This document shows, in pieces, positions 17,802-27,642 of a stretch of DNA of 37,606 nt. The stretch spans positions 1 to 37,606 of the forward strand of contig JAHYJU010000003.1 in assembly GCA_019428825.1 (NCBI GenBank), given 5' to 3'. Under the pieces are notes generated by a model that was not told the origin of the DNA, searched no databases, and saw only the letters and a list, made by a program, of their open reading frames with translations. The position numbers and the translations under genes are program-made. Positions within the stretch are counted from its first letter, which is position 1; each line of letters opens with the position of its first letter. This stretch comes from Patescibacteria group bacterium. GTDB taxonomy: Bacteria > Patescibacteriota > WWE3 > UBA101185 > UBA10185.

Positions 17802-20441
17802 ATGAAAAAATACGTATACTTTTTTGGAAATAATAATACTGAAGGTTCCTCGGACATGAAATTTATATTGGGGGGTAAGGGTGCGAATCTTGCTGAAATG
17901 AGCAAGGTAGGAATTCCGGTTCCGTCTGGATTTACAATATCCACTGAAGTTTGCAGAGATTACAATCTAAATGGGGGTCAAATTCCCGAGGGTTTGGAGA
18001 AGCAGGTTGATGAATATTTAAAACAATTAGAAGAAGCTACAGGAAAAAAATTTGGAGATGATAGTAATCCTCTCCTTGTTTCTGTAAGGTCAGGGGCTGC
18101 TGCATCAATGCCGGGTATGATGGATACTATTTTGAATTTAGGTTTAAACGATTCTGTTGTGTCAAGAATTTCTGAAAATACAGGTAACCCAAGATTTGCT
18201 TGGGATTCGTACAGAAGATTTATTCAAATGTACGGGAACGTTGTTGAGAATATTGAGCACGAAAAATTTGAACATATTATTGATGAAGTTAAGTTATCAA
18301 AAGGTAAAAAAGAAGATACCGAAATGTCTTCCGATGATTGGCAAGAGGTTTCAAACGGATATAAAAAATTATTTAAGATAGAAAAAGGATATGATTTTCC
18401 CGATGACGCTAAAAAACAACTTTGGGGATCAATTTTGGCTGTTATAGGGTCTTGGAATAACACCAGGGCTGTTACTTACAGACAACTTAATAGGATTGAT
18501 GAGACAAAAGTATTTGGTACTGCTGTTAATGTTCAATCAATGGTTTTTGGAAATCTAGGTCCTGAATCAGGTACAGGTGTTGCCTTTACGAGAAATCCTT
18601 CCACAGGAGAAAATCTTCCTTATGGTGAGTATTTAATGAATGCTCAGGGTGAGGACGTAGTTGCAGGTATAAGGACTCCTAAACATCTTGATTCTTTAAA
18701 GCAGGAAAACGAGGAAATATATAATCAACTTATTGAGATTTTCTCTATTCTGGAAAAACATTACAAGGACATGCAGGATGTTGAGTTTACTATTGAGAAT
18801 GGAAAATTGTTTATCTTACAAACTAGAAGTGGAAAAAGAACCGCCCCGGCTTCAGTTAAAATTGCCGTAGATATGGTAAGTGAAAATTTAATTACCGAAA
18901 AAGAAGCGTTGCTAAGAATAGAGCCTGATAAATTAGATCAGCTTTTGCACCCAACACTTGATGAAAATGCTAAGTCTCAGTTTAAAGTTATAGCAAAAGG
19001 GCTACCCGCTTCCCCCGGGGCCGGTGTGGGTGAGGTTGTTTTTGATGCAGATACCGCAGTTGATTGGAAAAAGCAAGGAAAAAAGGTAATTTTAGTGCGT
19101 TTAGAGACATCTCCCGAGGACATTGCAGGTATGAACGCTGCAGTTGGTGTTTTAACTGCAAGAGGAGGTATGACTTCTCATGCCGCGGTTGTTGCCAGAG
19201 GTATGGGAAAGTGTTGTGTATCGGGTTGTGAGTCAATATCTGTGTCGGAAGCTAAAAAAGAGATGCATGTAGGTGATTTAGTAGTTTCTGAAGGTGATTT
19301 GATAACATTAGACGGTTCTACAGGTGAAGTTTTTTTAGGAGAAGTTCCTACAACCGATCCCGAACTTTCGGGCTATTTTGCAACTATAATGGAATGGTCG
19401 GACAAATATAAAAAGCTCGGAGTAAGAACTAATGCAGATACTCCAAAAGATTCCCAAGTTGCAAGGGATTTTGGAGCCCAGGGAATTGGTCTTTGCCGAA
19501 CCGAGCATATGTTTTTTGAAACTGATAGGATTTTTGCTGTCCGTCAGATGATTGTTTCTGATACAGTTGATCAAAGAAAAGCTGCTTTGGAAAAGATTTT
19601 TCCTATTCAGAAAAATGATTTCAAAGAGTTATTTCAAATTATGAGTGGCTTACCTGTTAAAATACGTTTACTAGATCCCCCACTTCATGAGTTTTTACCC
19701 AAGACAAAGGAAGATATAAAGGAAATTGCAGATGAAATGGAAATTTCGGAAGAAAAATTAACCGATAAAATTGAATTTTTGCACGAATTTAACCCTATGA
19801 TGGGTCATCGGGGGTGCCGTTTAGGAGTTACTTATCCTGAGATATTTGAAATGCAGGTTAGGGCAATATCAGAAGCTGCTTGTGAGTTTATTAAAGAGGG
19901 AAATTCTATTACTCCTGAAATTATGATTCCTCTTATAGGGGAGTTTAATGAGTTAAAGTGGTTAAAGGACCGTTTAGTTCCGGTAGTTGAGGAAACTATA
20001 AAAAAGTTCGGGGTTGAGATGAAGTATGAGATTGGAACTATGATAGAAATTCCCAGAGCAGCTTTAACTGCTGATAAAATAGCTCAGGAGGCTGATTTCT
20101 TTTCTTTTGGTACAAATGATTTAACACAGATGACTTATGGGTTTTCGAGAGATGATTCGGGTAAGTTTTTGAATGATTACATTGAAAAGAAAATTGTTGC
20201 TGAGGATCCTTTTAAGAGCTTGGATATTGATGGAGTTGGAAAATTGATGAAAATGGCTGTGGATTTGGGTCGTTCTACCAAAGAACACCTGCACATCGGG
20301 ATCTGTGGTGAGCAGGGTGGGGATCCTGCAACGATAAAATTTTGCCACGAAATTGGGTTGGATTATGTATCTTGCTCTCCTTATCGTGTTCCTATTGCAA
20401 GATTGTCCGCAGCTCAGGCAGCTATTGAGAGTGAGGAGTAA
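17802..20441 (+). CDS. ppdK: Pyruvate, phosphate dikinase
   Basis: LGGKGANL, LLVSVRSGA..SMPGMMDT, TSHAAVVAR (phospho-His), GLCRTEHMF and FSFGTNDLTQ. Confidence 0.98.
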   Translation: MKKYVYFFGNNNTEGSSDMKFILGGKGANLAEMSKVGIPVPSGFTISTEVCRDYNLNGGQIPEGLEKQVDEYLKQLEEATGKKFGDDSNPLLVSVRSGAAASMPGMMDTILNLGLNDSVVSRISENTGNPRFAWDSYRRFIQMYGNVVENIEHEKFEHIIDEVKLSKGKKEDTEMSSDDWQEVSNGYKKLFKIEKGYDFPDDAKKQLWGSILAVIGSWNNTRAVTYRQLNRIDETKVFGTAVNVQSMVFGNLGPESGTGVAFTRNPSTGENLPYGEYLMNAQGEDVVAGIRTPKHLDSLKQENEEIYNQLIEIFSILEKHYKDMQDVEFTIENGKLFILQTRSGKRTAPASVKIAVDMVSENLITEKEALLRIEPDKLDQLLHPTLDENAKSQFKVIAKGLPASPGAGVGEVVFDADTAVDWKKQGKKVILVRLETSPEDIAGMNAAVGVLTARGGMTSHAAVVARGMGKCCVSGCESISVSEAKKEMHVGDLVVSEGDLITLDGSTGEVFLGEVPTTDPELSGYFATIMEWSDKYKKLGVRTNADTPKDSQVARDFGAQGIGLCRTEHMFFETDRIFAVRQMIVSDTVDQRKAALEKIFPIQKNDFKELFQIMSGLPVKIRLLDPPLHEFLPKTKEDIKEIADEMEISEEKLTDKIEFLHEFNPMMGHRGCRLGVTYPEIFEMQVRAISEAACEFIKEGNSITPEIMIPLIGEFNELKWLKDRLVPVVEETIKKFGVEMKYEIGTMIEIPRAALTADKIAQEADFFSFGTNDLTQMTYGFSRDDSGKFLNDYIEKKIVAEDPFKSLDIDGVGKLMKMAVDLGRSTKEHLHIGICGEQGGDPATIKFCHEIGLDYVSCSPYRVPIARLSAAQAAIESEE

Positions 20442-20500
20442 GAATTTCCGGGCTGAGTCCTGCGCTAGACTGAGTCCGGCGGACTGAGTCTAGAAAATTC
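20442..20500. repeat. Cluster of palindromic REP-like units
   Basis: CCGGGCTGAGTCC, CTAGACTGAGTCCGG and CGGACTGAGTCTAG, enclosed by GAATTT...AAATTC. Confidence 0.85.
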
Positions 20501-20511
20501 TAGATAGTTAA

Positions 20512-20588
20512 TGGTGGGCGGTAAAGGAATCGAACCTATGACCTCCACAATGTCAATGTGGCGCTCTAACCGACTGAGCTAACCGCCC
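20512..20588 (-). tRNA. tRNA-Val(GAC)
   Basis: Cloverleaf GGGCGGTTAGCTCAG...CCACA-TT-GAC-AT-TGTGG...GGTTCGATTCC...ACCGCCCACCA with encoded CCA. Confidence 0.96.
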
Positions 20589-20807
20589 CTGCTTATATCT
20601 TATTCTATTTTCAATCTTTCTCACTCGGACAAGCCTCGTTTTATACCCCACTTAATTTCTTGTGTGTATGGCTAGCTCCGGATTTTCAATTAGGAGCTAA
20701 CCGCCCCTGTTTATATCTTATTCTATTTTCAATCTTTCTCACTCGGACAAGCCTCGTTTTATACTCCACTTAATTTCTTGTGTGTATGGCTAGCTCCGGA
20801 TTTTCAA
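20576..20807. repeat. Tandem duplication of 114 bp (period 118) including the first 13 nt of tRNA-Val
   Basis: 20576-20689 vs 20694-20807 are identical except for 2 substitutions. Confidence 0.92.
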
Positions 20808-20838
20808 GAATATTTTATCAATTTTCAAAGGTTTTTGT

Positions 20839-21435
20839 TTACTTTTTCTTAGGATTCATTACCTTATCAATAATCCCATATTTTACAGATTCTTGAGCGT
20901 CCATCCAATAATCTCTGTCCATGTCTCCCTTTACTTTATCAAGTTTTTGATTTGTTTCTTTAGATATAGCTCCTGCATACTGGTCTCGTAGTTTTAACAT
21001 ATGTTTAGCTGTAATTTCAACATCGCTGGCTTGTCCTTCTACCCCACCAATGACTTGATGAATCATTGTATGTGATCCCGGAAGTGCATACCTTTTACCT
21101 TTTGTTCCCGCAGCTAGTATTAAAGCCCCGGCTGATGCTGCTAACCCTACATTTATTGTAACTACGTCATTTTTAATGTGTTTTATAGTGTCATACATAG
21201 CAACTCCGGCATACACCTCTCCGCCCGGAGAGTTGATGTAAACACTAATATCTTTTTCAGGATTTTGGCTTTCTAAAAAAAGCAGTTGAGCGATAAAAGT
21301 GTTTGCAACTCCCATATCTATCGGTCCTGTAACAAAAACAACGTTGTCTTTTAGAAGTCTCGAATAAATATCATAAGACCTTTCCATTCCTGATTGGTCT
21401 TTTTCGATTACTATTGGTACTAATGTGTTTTTCAT
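20839..21435 (-). CDS. clpP: ATP-dependent Clp protease proteolytic subunit
   Basis: [29 protein letters not shown] and DRDYWM. Confidence 0.97.
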   Translation of the reverse strand: MKNTLVPIVIEKDQSGMERSYDIYSRLLKDNVVFVTGPIDMGVANTFIAQLLFLESQNPEKDISVYINSPGGEVYAGVAMYDTIKHIKNDVVTINVGLAASAGALILAAGTKGKRYALPGSHTMIHQVIGGVEGQASDVEITAKHMLKLRDQYAGAISKETNQKLDKVKGDMDRDYWMDAQESVKYGIIDKVMNPKKK

Positions 21436-22373
21436 TTTTCCTCCTTTTCTTCATTCTCACTATCATGAGTATGATTATGAGATCCTTGTGTTTCTTCAAT
21501 TAACATATTTAAAAGCTTATTTTTTTGCAAAATATTTTTGATATAAAGTTTCTGCATTGGGTCTTTCATTTGTTCTGCAACACTCGGGTCTCCGGATGCA
21601 TTTATCATTTCATCAATTTCATTATCATCTATTTCTATCTTTTCTTCAGTTATTAAATGAGAAAGTACAAATTCGGCCTTTATATTATTTTCCGCCATTT
21701 TTAAGTAATCGTATCTTATTTCTTCCGCTGTTTTTTCTTGTGCTTGAAGGTATTTATCTAGTGTTAATTTTATTGTTTGTAGCTGTTGCATCAACTGACC
21801 CATTAACCTATCCGCTTCTTCTTCTATTAAAATGTCAGCCATCTCAACTTCAGATTCTTTTAAAAGTACCTCTATTACTTCATTTGGACCAATATGGACA
21901 TGCTCGTGGCCTTCTTTTTCAATGTCCAACTCACCTTTCTGAAGTTTTTCTAACTTTTCTTTTTTAATTTTCTCCGTTTTTTCTTTGTAGTAATCCTTTA
22001 ATGCTTTTTTATAATCTTTCATCTTAACTTCGGGTTTTGTTGCGAATTCTGCTGTGAATTCCAGGTCTTTCTCTATATCAAATTCTTTTATTTCTACTTT
22101 AGGGTTAGATACAGGCATTAGCTTATTCTCTTTTAGAGCTTGGGGATAAAATGTTTGAAGAACCTCATTTATGGTATCTCCATAGAGTTTTGACTCCCCT
22201 ACCTTCTCTATTACCATTTCTCTTGGAGCTGTTCCTTTCCTAAAACCTTGTAACTCGGTATTTTCAACGGCTTTATCAACTTCTTTCTCGTAGAATTCTT
22301 TTACAGTGATGTTTTCTACGGTAATAGTAAGTTTCATGGCCGATTTTGGTAGTTTTTGTATTTGTGTTTTCAT
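21432..22373 (-). CDS. tig: Trigger factor, short form without a recognisable PPIase domain
   Basis: GFRKGTAP ribosome-binding motif; tig-clpP synteny; 313 aa. Confidence 0.9.
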   Translation of the reverse strand: MKTQIQKLPKSAMKLTITVENITVKEFYEKEVDKAVENTELQGFRKGTAPREMVIEKVGESKLYGDTINEVLQTFYPQALKENKLMPVSNPKVEIKEFDIEKDLEFTAEFATKPEVKMKDYKKALKDYYKEKTEKIKKEKLEKLQKGELDIEKEGHEHVHIGPNEVIEVLLKESEVEMADILIEEEADRLMGQLMQQLQTIKLTLDKYLQAQEKTAEEIRYDYLKMAENNIKAEFVLSHLITEEKIEIDDNEIDEMINASGDPSVAEQMKDPMQKLYIKNILQKNKLLNMLIEETQGSHNHTHDSENEEKEEK

Positions 22374-22398
22374 AGCTTAGTTATTGTATCATAAGTTT

Positions 22399-23508
22399 TT
22401 AAGTAATTACTCCTGACCCTACACATAAATTTCTTATATAAAAAACACAATATTGCCCGGGAGTTACCCCTATCTTAGGTTCTCTAAACACTATTTTGTA
22501 CTCTTTATTAATTTCATTTATTGGAAAAAGCTCAGCCGAAGAACTTTTTTGTTGATATCTTATCTTTGACTTAACTTTTATTTTTTTTCCGTAGAAATCT
22601 TTGTTTGAAAAAAATACGTCCGAAAGCAATATTTCTGTTTTTCCTAGATCTTTTTTATCAGTAGAGACGATTATTTCGTTTTTAGAAATATCTTTTTTAA
22701 TTACATAATAAGGACCTCCTGCTAAACCTATCTTTTTTCTCTGTCCGATTGTGTAATATTGTAAACCTTTGTGATTACCTAAAACCTTTCCATTTTTATC
22801 AACTATATCACCGTTATTATTTCCAATTTCTTTTTCAATAAAACTGTCTAAAGATTTTTCTGAAACAAAGCAAAAATCCTGACTTTGTAAGATTTTTTCA
22901 TAGAAACCGAGACCTTTTTTTCTAACCATTTTATAAACCTCAGATTTTGTCATTTCTCCTAAAGGGAATATAATTCTTTCTAACCATTCTTGTGGTAACA
23001 AGCTTAGATTATATGTTTGATCCTTAGTTTCATCATTTGAATGTGAAATAAATAATGAGTTGTATTTTCTACTTTTAACAATCTTTGCGTAATGGCCGGT
23101 TGCTACGTATTTTATTCTCTTAGAGTCCGCAAAATTAATCAGCTGTTGAAATTTTGTATTACGATTACACACCATGCAAGGATTCGGGGTTTGGGATTTT
23201 TTCATTGAATCGACAAAATAGTTTATAACATTTTTTTGGAATTCATCCGTAATATCTAAAATATGGTGTTCGCATTCAAATTTATTGCAAATTTCTTTTG
23301 CTCTTTGAATTGAATCTACAGTACAACATGGGTTTTGATTTAAATTTGATTCGTCTTCCCAAACTGAAAATTTTAATGAGACTCCAATAGGTTTCCAGCC
23401 GTTTTCCTTTAAGAGAATTAGTGTAGCGGTTGAGTCGACACCTCCTGACATACCCACAACTATCTTTCTACCTTTTCCCTTGTCTATTCTTCTTGATGTT
23501 CCACCCAT
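22399..23508 (-). CDS. mnmA: tRNA 2-thiouridine(34) synthase
   Basis: MSGGVDS, TPNPCMVCN, ATGHYA, KDQTY, SQDFCF, YTIGQRK and TPGQ. Confidence 0.95.
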   Translation of the reverse strand: MGGTSRRIDKGKGRKIVVGMSGGVDSTATLILLKENGWKPIGVSLKFSVWEDESNLNQNPCCTVDSIQRAKEICNKFECEHHILDITDEFQKNVINYFVDSMKKSQTPNPCMVCNRNTKFQQLINFADSKRIKYVATGHYAKIVKSRKYNSLFISHSNDETKDQTYNLSLLPQEWLERIIFPLGEMTKSEVYKMVRKKGLGFYEKILQSQDFCFVSEKSLDSFIEKEIGNNNGDIVDKNGKVLGNHKGLQYYTIGQRKKIGLAGGPYYVIKKDISKNEIIVSTDKKDLGKTEILLSDVFFSNKDFYGKKIKVKSKIRYQQKSSSAELFPINEINKEYKIVFREPKIGVTPGQYCVFYIRNLCVGSGVIT

Positions 23509-23966
23509 TCTTCGTATTTTTCCTCCAAAATCTCATTACTCTTTATAACTTGATCGTGTTTTTTTTGGAGAGATTCGGGAATTGGTCTTTTATTTTTGCT
23601 TAAATAATCGTAAATTGCTTCTGCTAAGGCTTCGGTGGCAAGAACTGAGCAGTGGATTTTTATGGGAGGAAGCCCGTCAAGTGACTCAATGATGCTGTCT
23701 TTACTTAATTCCAAGGCTTTTTCTATGGTTTTACCTTTTACCATATCGGTTATTGCGCTACTTGTAGCTATTGCAGCAACACATCCAAAGGTTTGGAATT
23801 TTACATCGGAGATTATCTCTTTTTTACCATCTTTTTTTATCTTGATGTAAAGATACATCATGTCACCGCAAGCTAGGTTTCCGACCTTTCCTACCCCATC
23901 GGCATCCTTTATTTTTCCGAGATTTTTTGGTTTTCTAAAATATTCTAAAACTTTATCTGTATACAT
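23484..23966 (-). CDS. iscU: Fe-S cluster scaffold, NifU/IscU family
   Basis: GNLACGD, FQTFGCVAAIATSS and LPPIKIHCSVLA; ATG 23966 preferred over the GTG at 23981. Confidence 0.93.
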   Translation of the reverse strand: MYTDKVLEYFRKPKNLGKIKDADGVGKVGNLACGDMMYLYIKIKKDGKKEIISDVKFQTFGCVAAIATSSAITDMVKGKTIEKALELSKDSIIESLDGLPPIKIHCSVLATEALAEAIYDYLSKNKRPIPESLQKKHDQVIKSNEILEEKYEEWVEHQEE

Positions 23967-23968
23967 AT

Positions 23969-25162
23969 TTACATTTTCCAATTTTCTACATTTAAAGGAG
24001 ATATTTTTCTCATTTTCTCCACCGCTTTTGGTAACACTTCTAATAAATAATCTACATCTTTTTCAGTTGTGTACCTACCCAGTGATATTCTAATAGTTCC
24101 TTGTGCATACTTTTCCTCTATCCCACAGGCTAAGAGTACGTGGGAGAATTGCAGTGTCGAGGACGCACATGCGGAAACTGTTGAAACCTCAATTCCCTTG
24201 TTATCAAGTTCCATCATTAAAGCTTCCCCCTCTATAAAATCAAATCTCATATTTACATTGTTAAAGAGTCTATTCTTCGGATGTCCGTTTAGGTGGGAAT
24301 TAGGTATATTTTTTAATATATTTTTAATAATTTTATCTCTTAATTGAGTTTGCCTAAGTTTTTCATCCTGCATTTCTTTTAGACAAAGTTCCAATGCTTT
24401 TGCAAAACCCACTATCCCTGCTACATTTGAGGTTGAAGATCTTTTTCCTCTTTCGTGACCCCCTCCGTGCAAGAGCGGTTCTATCAAAGTTCCTTTTCTT
24501 ATGTATAAAAGTGCAACTCCCTTGGGTCCGTATATTTTGTGCGATGACGCTGTCAAAAGGTCGATATTTACTTTTTTCAAATTTATAGGCATTTTCCCAA
24601 AGCTTTGTGCCGCGTCCGTGTGGAATAAGACCCCTTTTTCTTTGCAGATTTCTCCTATTTCCTTTACCGGTTGAAGTGTTCCTATCTCATTGTTTGAGTG
24701 CATGATGGAGACTAAAATGGTTTCTTTTGTAATCATTTTTTTGAGTTTTTCCAAATCTACGGTTCCGAACTCATCCACGGGGGCGTATTCTATTTCAAAT
24801 CCGTTTTGTGATAACCATTTAGCGCTGTTTAAGACACAATCGTGCTCAACTGAAGAGACAATTATTTTATTTCCCTTGTTTTTATATGCTCTCGCTATTC
24901 CTTTTAATGCCCAGTTGTTGCTTTCTGTGGCTGAGGATGTAAAAAATATCTCACTTAGGTCGCAACTTAAATAATTTGCAAAAATTTCCCTGGCTTTTTC
25001 TAAAGCTTTATTTGCTTCCGTTCCCGCCGAATGAATTGATGCAGGATTCCCGAATTTTTCAGTAAAATAAGGGAGCATAGATTTTACAACGGCTTTGTCC
25101 ACAGGAGTTGTAGCCGCGTAATCCAGGTATACTCTTTTTTTCTTTGTTTTATTGTTTGTCAT
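23969..25162 (-). CDS. iscS: Cysteine desulfurase, NifS/IscS family
   Basis: YLDYAATTP, FGNPAS, HTDAAQ, SSHKIYGPKG and SAC catalytic loop. Confidence 0.95.
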   Translation of the reverse strand: MTNNKTKKKRVYLDYAATTPVDKAVVKSMLPYFTEKFGNPASIHSAGTEANKALEKAREIFANYLSCDLSEIFFTSSATESNNWALKGIARAYKNKGNKIIVSSVEHDCVLNSAKWLSQNGFEIEYAPVDEFGTVDLEKLKKMITKETILVSIMHSNNEIGTLQPVKEIGEICKEKGVLFHTDAAQSFGKMPINLKKVNIDLLTASSHKIYGPKGVALLYIRKGTLIEPLLHGGGHERGKRSSTSNVAGIVGFAKALELCLKEMQDEKLRQTQLRDKIIKNILKNIPNSHLNGHPKNRLFNNVNMRFDFIEGEALMMELDNKGIEVSTVSACASSTLQFSHVLLACGIEEKYAQGTIRISLGRYTTEKDVDYLLEVLPKAVEKMRKISPLNVENWKM

Positions 25163-25262
25163 AAGTTCCGTTATTCTAGCATAAGTAAGACGTGTTTTTA
25201 TCTCTTAGTTTGTAATTTTTCTTACATTTTTCTAGCTATTATAGTGGGTACTTTTTTAAATC

Positions 25263-25472
25263 TTATTCCTTACGAGTCATCGGGCCACCGCATTTCGGGC
25301 ACTTTATCTGATTACATGGCGTACCCGTGTAATGGGGAACTTCGTGTTGGCATTGTTCGTTTGTGCAAATACACGTACCACCAGGTCCCGCTGCATCAGG
25401 TCCGCCCATTCTCCCCCCGGGTTGTCCCCCTCTTCCTATTCCTACTCTACCGAGAAAGTCTTTTAGAGCCAT
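25263..25472 (-). CDS. Small Gly-rich, Cys-rich metal-binding protein
   Basis: GPGGTCICTNEQC..H..GTPC...CPKCG; strong SD AAAGGAGG. Confidence 0.75.
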   Translation of the reverse strand: MALKDFLGRVGIGRGGQPGGRMGGPDAAGPGGTCICTNEQCQHEVPHYTGTPCNQIKCPKCGGPMTRKE

Positions 25473-25570
25473 AAAAACCTCCTTTTTAATGAAATACTTG
25501 TATATTTATATTAGCACTTATCGTGATTTATGTGAAAATATTTCTAAATAATAATGTTTAATAAATAGAG

Positions 25571-26191
25571 TTAAATGTTTAGAATCTCTTTTATTTTGTT
25601 TCTATCTCTTTCGCCTTTTGATATAACACAGTCAAATTGAAAAGTATTCCAATTAAGCTTCTTAGCGCCCTCACAATTTTCTTTAACGTCATCAATAAAA
25701 AATATTTCAGCACCACTATATCCAATTTCATTTTCAATGACTTTATAGATTTCTTCGTCAGGTTTTCTTATACCCATATAACAAGAATCGAAAATATGGT
25801 CGAAAAGAGAGAAGTCAGGATGAAACTCCATTTGCTTCTCTAACGTATCTTTCCAATTATTAGTGCAACAAACGGTCATCAAACCTGCTTTTTTAATTTC
25901 TTTCAGTAAACCCCACCCTGCTTCTATTCGAGGCTGTTCCTCTATCCATGTTTTTTTAAGAGACATCGGGTTTGCCTTAGGATTATATTTTTCCGATAAA
26001 TATTTCCAAAATTCATCCTGATGTTTTTTACCAAGATCCATATCAACATTGTGAGACCAAAGTTCTTCGAACATTTTTTCATCAGAGATATTTAAGAGTT
26101 TTGAGACTTTAGGCACAGCTGATTTCCAGTCAAGTACTACGCCACCGACATCAAAGATTACTGCCTTTGGTTTTTGAATTGTCTTTTTCAT
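25571..26191 (-). CDS. HAD-superfamily hydrolase
   Basis: IFDVGGVV, TNN, RKPDEEIY and FIDD motifs. Confidence 0.9.
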   Translation of the reverse strand: MKKTIQKPKAVIFDVGGVVLDWKSAVPKVSKLLNISDEKMFEELWSHNVDMDLGKKHQDEFWKYLSEKYNPKANPMSLKKTWIEEQPRIEAGWGLLKEIKKAGLMTVCCTNNWKDTLEKQMEFHPDFSLFDHIFDSCYMGIRKPDEEIYKVIENEIGYSGAEIFFIDDVKENCEGAKKLNWNTFQFDCVISKGERDRNKIKEILNI

Positions 26192-26200
26192 TAGTAAAAA

Positions 26201-27508
26201 TTATTTTTCCAGAACTTTTATATTCGCTCCAAGCTTTGTGTAGTCTTTAATAATATTTGGATATCTTCTTAGTAAATATTCCGCGTTGTGAATTGTTGTT
26301 TCCACAGGATCACTTAGAGCAAGAAGAAATATTGCCATAATTGCCTGAATTACTCCCGGAGGATAAACTTCCGAATTTTTTAGTTCTGACGGTCCTGAAA
26401 TTATTACTCTTTGGGGGTCACATAAAAACACATTGGCTCCCATGGTTACCAGTTCTCTGGAAAATTCTAAGCCGGACTCGTACATCCAATTTTGAATTAG
26501 TATCCTCCCATTTAATTTGCACCCTAAGGCCACTACCTGAGGAAGTGCATCTACCGGAAAACCTGGCCAGGGTCTTGGAGAAAATTTAGGTAAGTCATTT
26601 CCTGCCAGGGGCATACTTGAATTTATTAGGTCTATCTTTATGGGTTTAGTCCCATCAACGATTAAATCATTTCCGCTTTTTTTAATTTTAATATTAAATT
26701 TTGATAAATTTTGAATTATTCCATCAACAATATCCGGAACATTTGCATTTTTGATTGTAATAGTACCCTTTGTTAATGCGGCTGCGGTTATGTACCCAAC
26801 TATGTCGATGGCGTCGGGGCCGGGAATGAAAGTCGTTTCTTTGAGCCCCTTTTTTCCTTTAATAGAGATTTTATTTGAACCTATTCCGCTTATCTCAGCA
26901 CCCATACTGCTTAAAAATTTAAGTATGTCAGTTACGTGAGGTTCACAAGCTGCGTCGGTTAGCTCAAAATGTGCTTCGGTTCCTGCTGAGTACATAGCAA
27001 AGTTCTCCGTAGCTGTTACGCTAGCTTCAAGTTGCCAAATTATAGCTTTATTAAATTTTTGTGTAACTTCGAAATTTACTGAATTGGATTTTATTTCAGT
27101 TTTAATACCACAGCCTTTAAAAACATCTATATGAGAGGAAATTGATCTTTTTCCCAGTACACATCCACCTGGAAGGGGGATTCTTGCTTTTCCGAAACGG
27201 GCTAAAAGAGGGCCTGCAAACATTATGGAGCCTCGGAATTTTTTAGATTCTTGGGAATCAATAACCCATTTATTTACTTTTGTACAATCAATTACCAAGT
27301 TATTGTAGTTTTTATCGTTAAATTCCGCTCCAAGATCTTTTAAAATTTGTAGTATTTTATCAACATCTGTAGATTTCGGAACATTTTTATAGATTGTTTT
27401 CCCTCTAACAAGAATACTTGCGGGAAGTGCTGCGACGATGGAGTTTTTATTTGCTATTGGAGTTACTTCTCCACTAAGTTTTTTACCGCCTGTTATCTTT
27501 ATTTTCAT
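26201..27508 (-). CDS. murA: UDP-N-acetylglucosamine 1-carboxyvinyltransferase
   Basis: KNS, LPGGCVLGKR, SVTATEN, AACEPHV and PWPGFPVD. Confidence 0.93.
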   Translation of the reverse strand: MKIKITGGKKLSGEVTPIANKNSIVAALPASILVRGKTIYKNVPKSTDVDKILQILKDLGAEFNDKNYNNLVIDCTKVNKWVIDSQESKKFRGSIMFAGPLLARFGKARIPLPGGCVLGKRSISSHIDVFKGCGIKTEIKSNSVNFEVTQKFNKAIIWQLEASVTATENFAMYSAGTEAHFELTDAACEPHVTDILKFLSSMGAEISGIGSNKISIKGKKGLKETTFIPGPDAIDIVGYITAAALTKGTITIKNANVPDIVDGIIQNLSKFNIKIKKSGNDLIVDGTKPIKIDLINSSMPLAGNDLPKFSPRPWPGFPVDALPQVVALGCKLNGRILIQNWMYESGLEFSRELVTMGANVFLCDPQRVIISGPSELKNSEVYPPGVIQAIMAIFLLALSDPVETTIHNAEYLLRRYPNIIKDYTKLGANIKVLEK

Positions 27509-27595
27509 GGGATTAATTATAACAGGTAAGAAAGGGGCTTGTTAGAAGCATTATTATAAAGATTTAGTTATGTTTTTTCTCTTGTTTAAGTAAAC

Positions 27596-27630
27596 AAAAA
27601 AAGAAAAGGCCGCCTTGAAAAGGCGGCCTT
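27596..27630 (-). terminator. Intrinsic terminator
   Basis: AAGGCCGCCTT-GAA-AAGGCGGCCTT hairpin with a T-rich tail on the - strand. Confidence 0.8.
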
Positions 27631-27642
27631 CCCTAAAATTAA

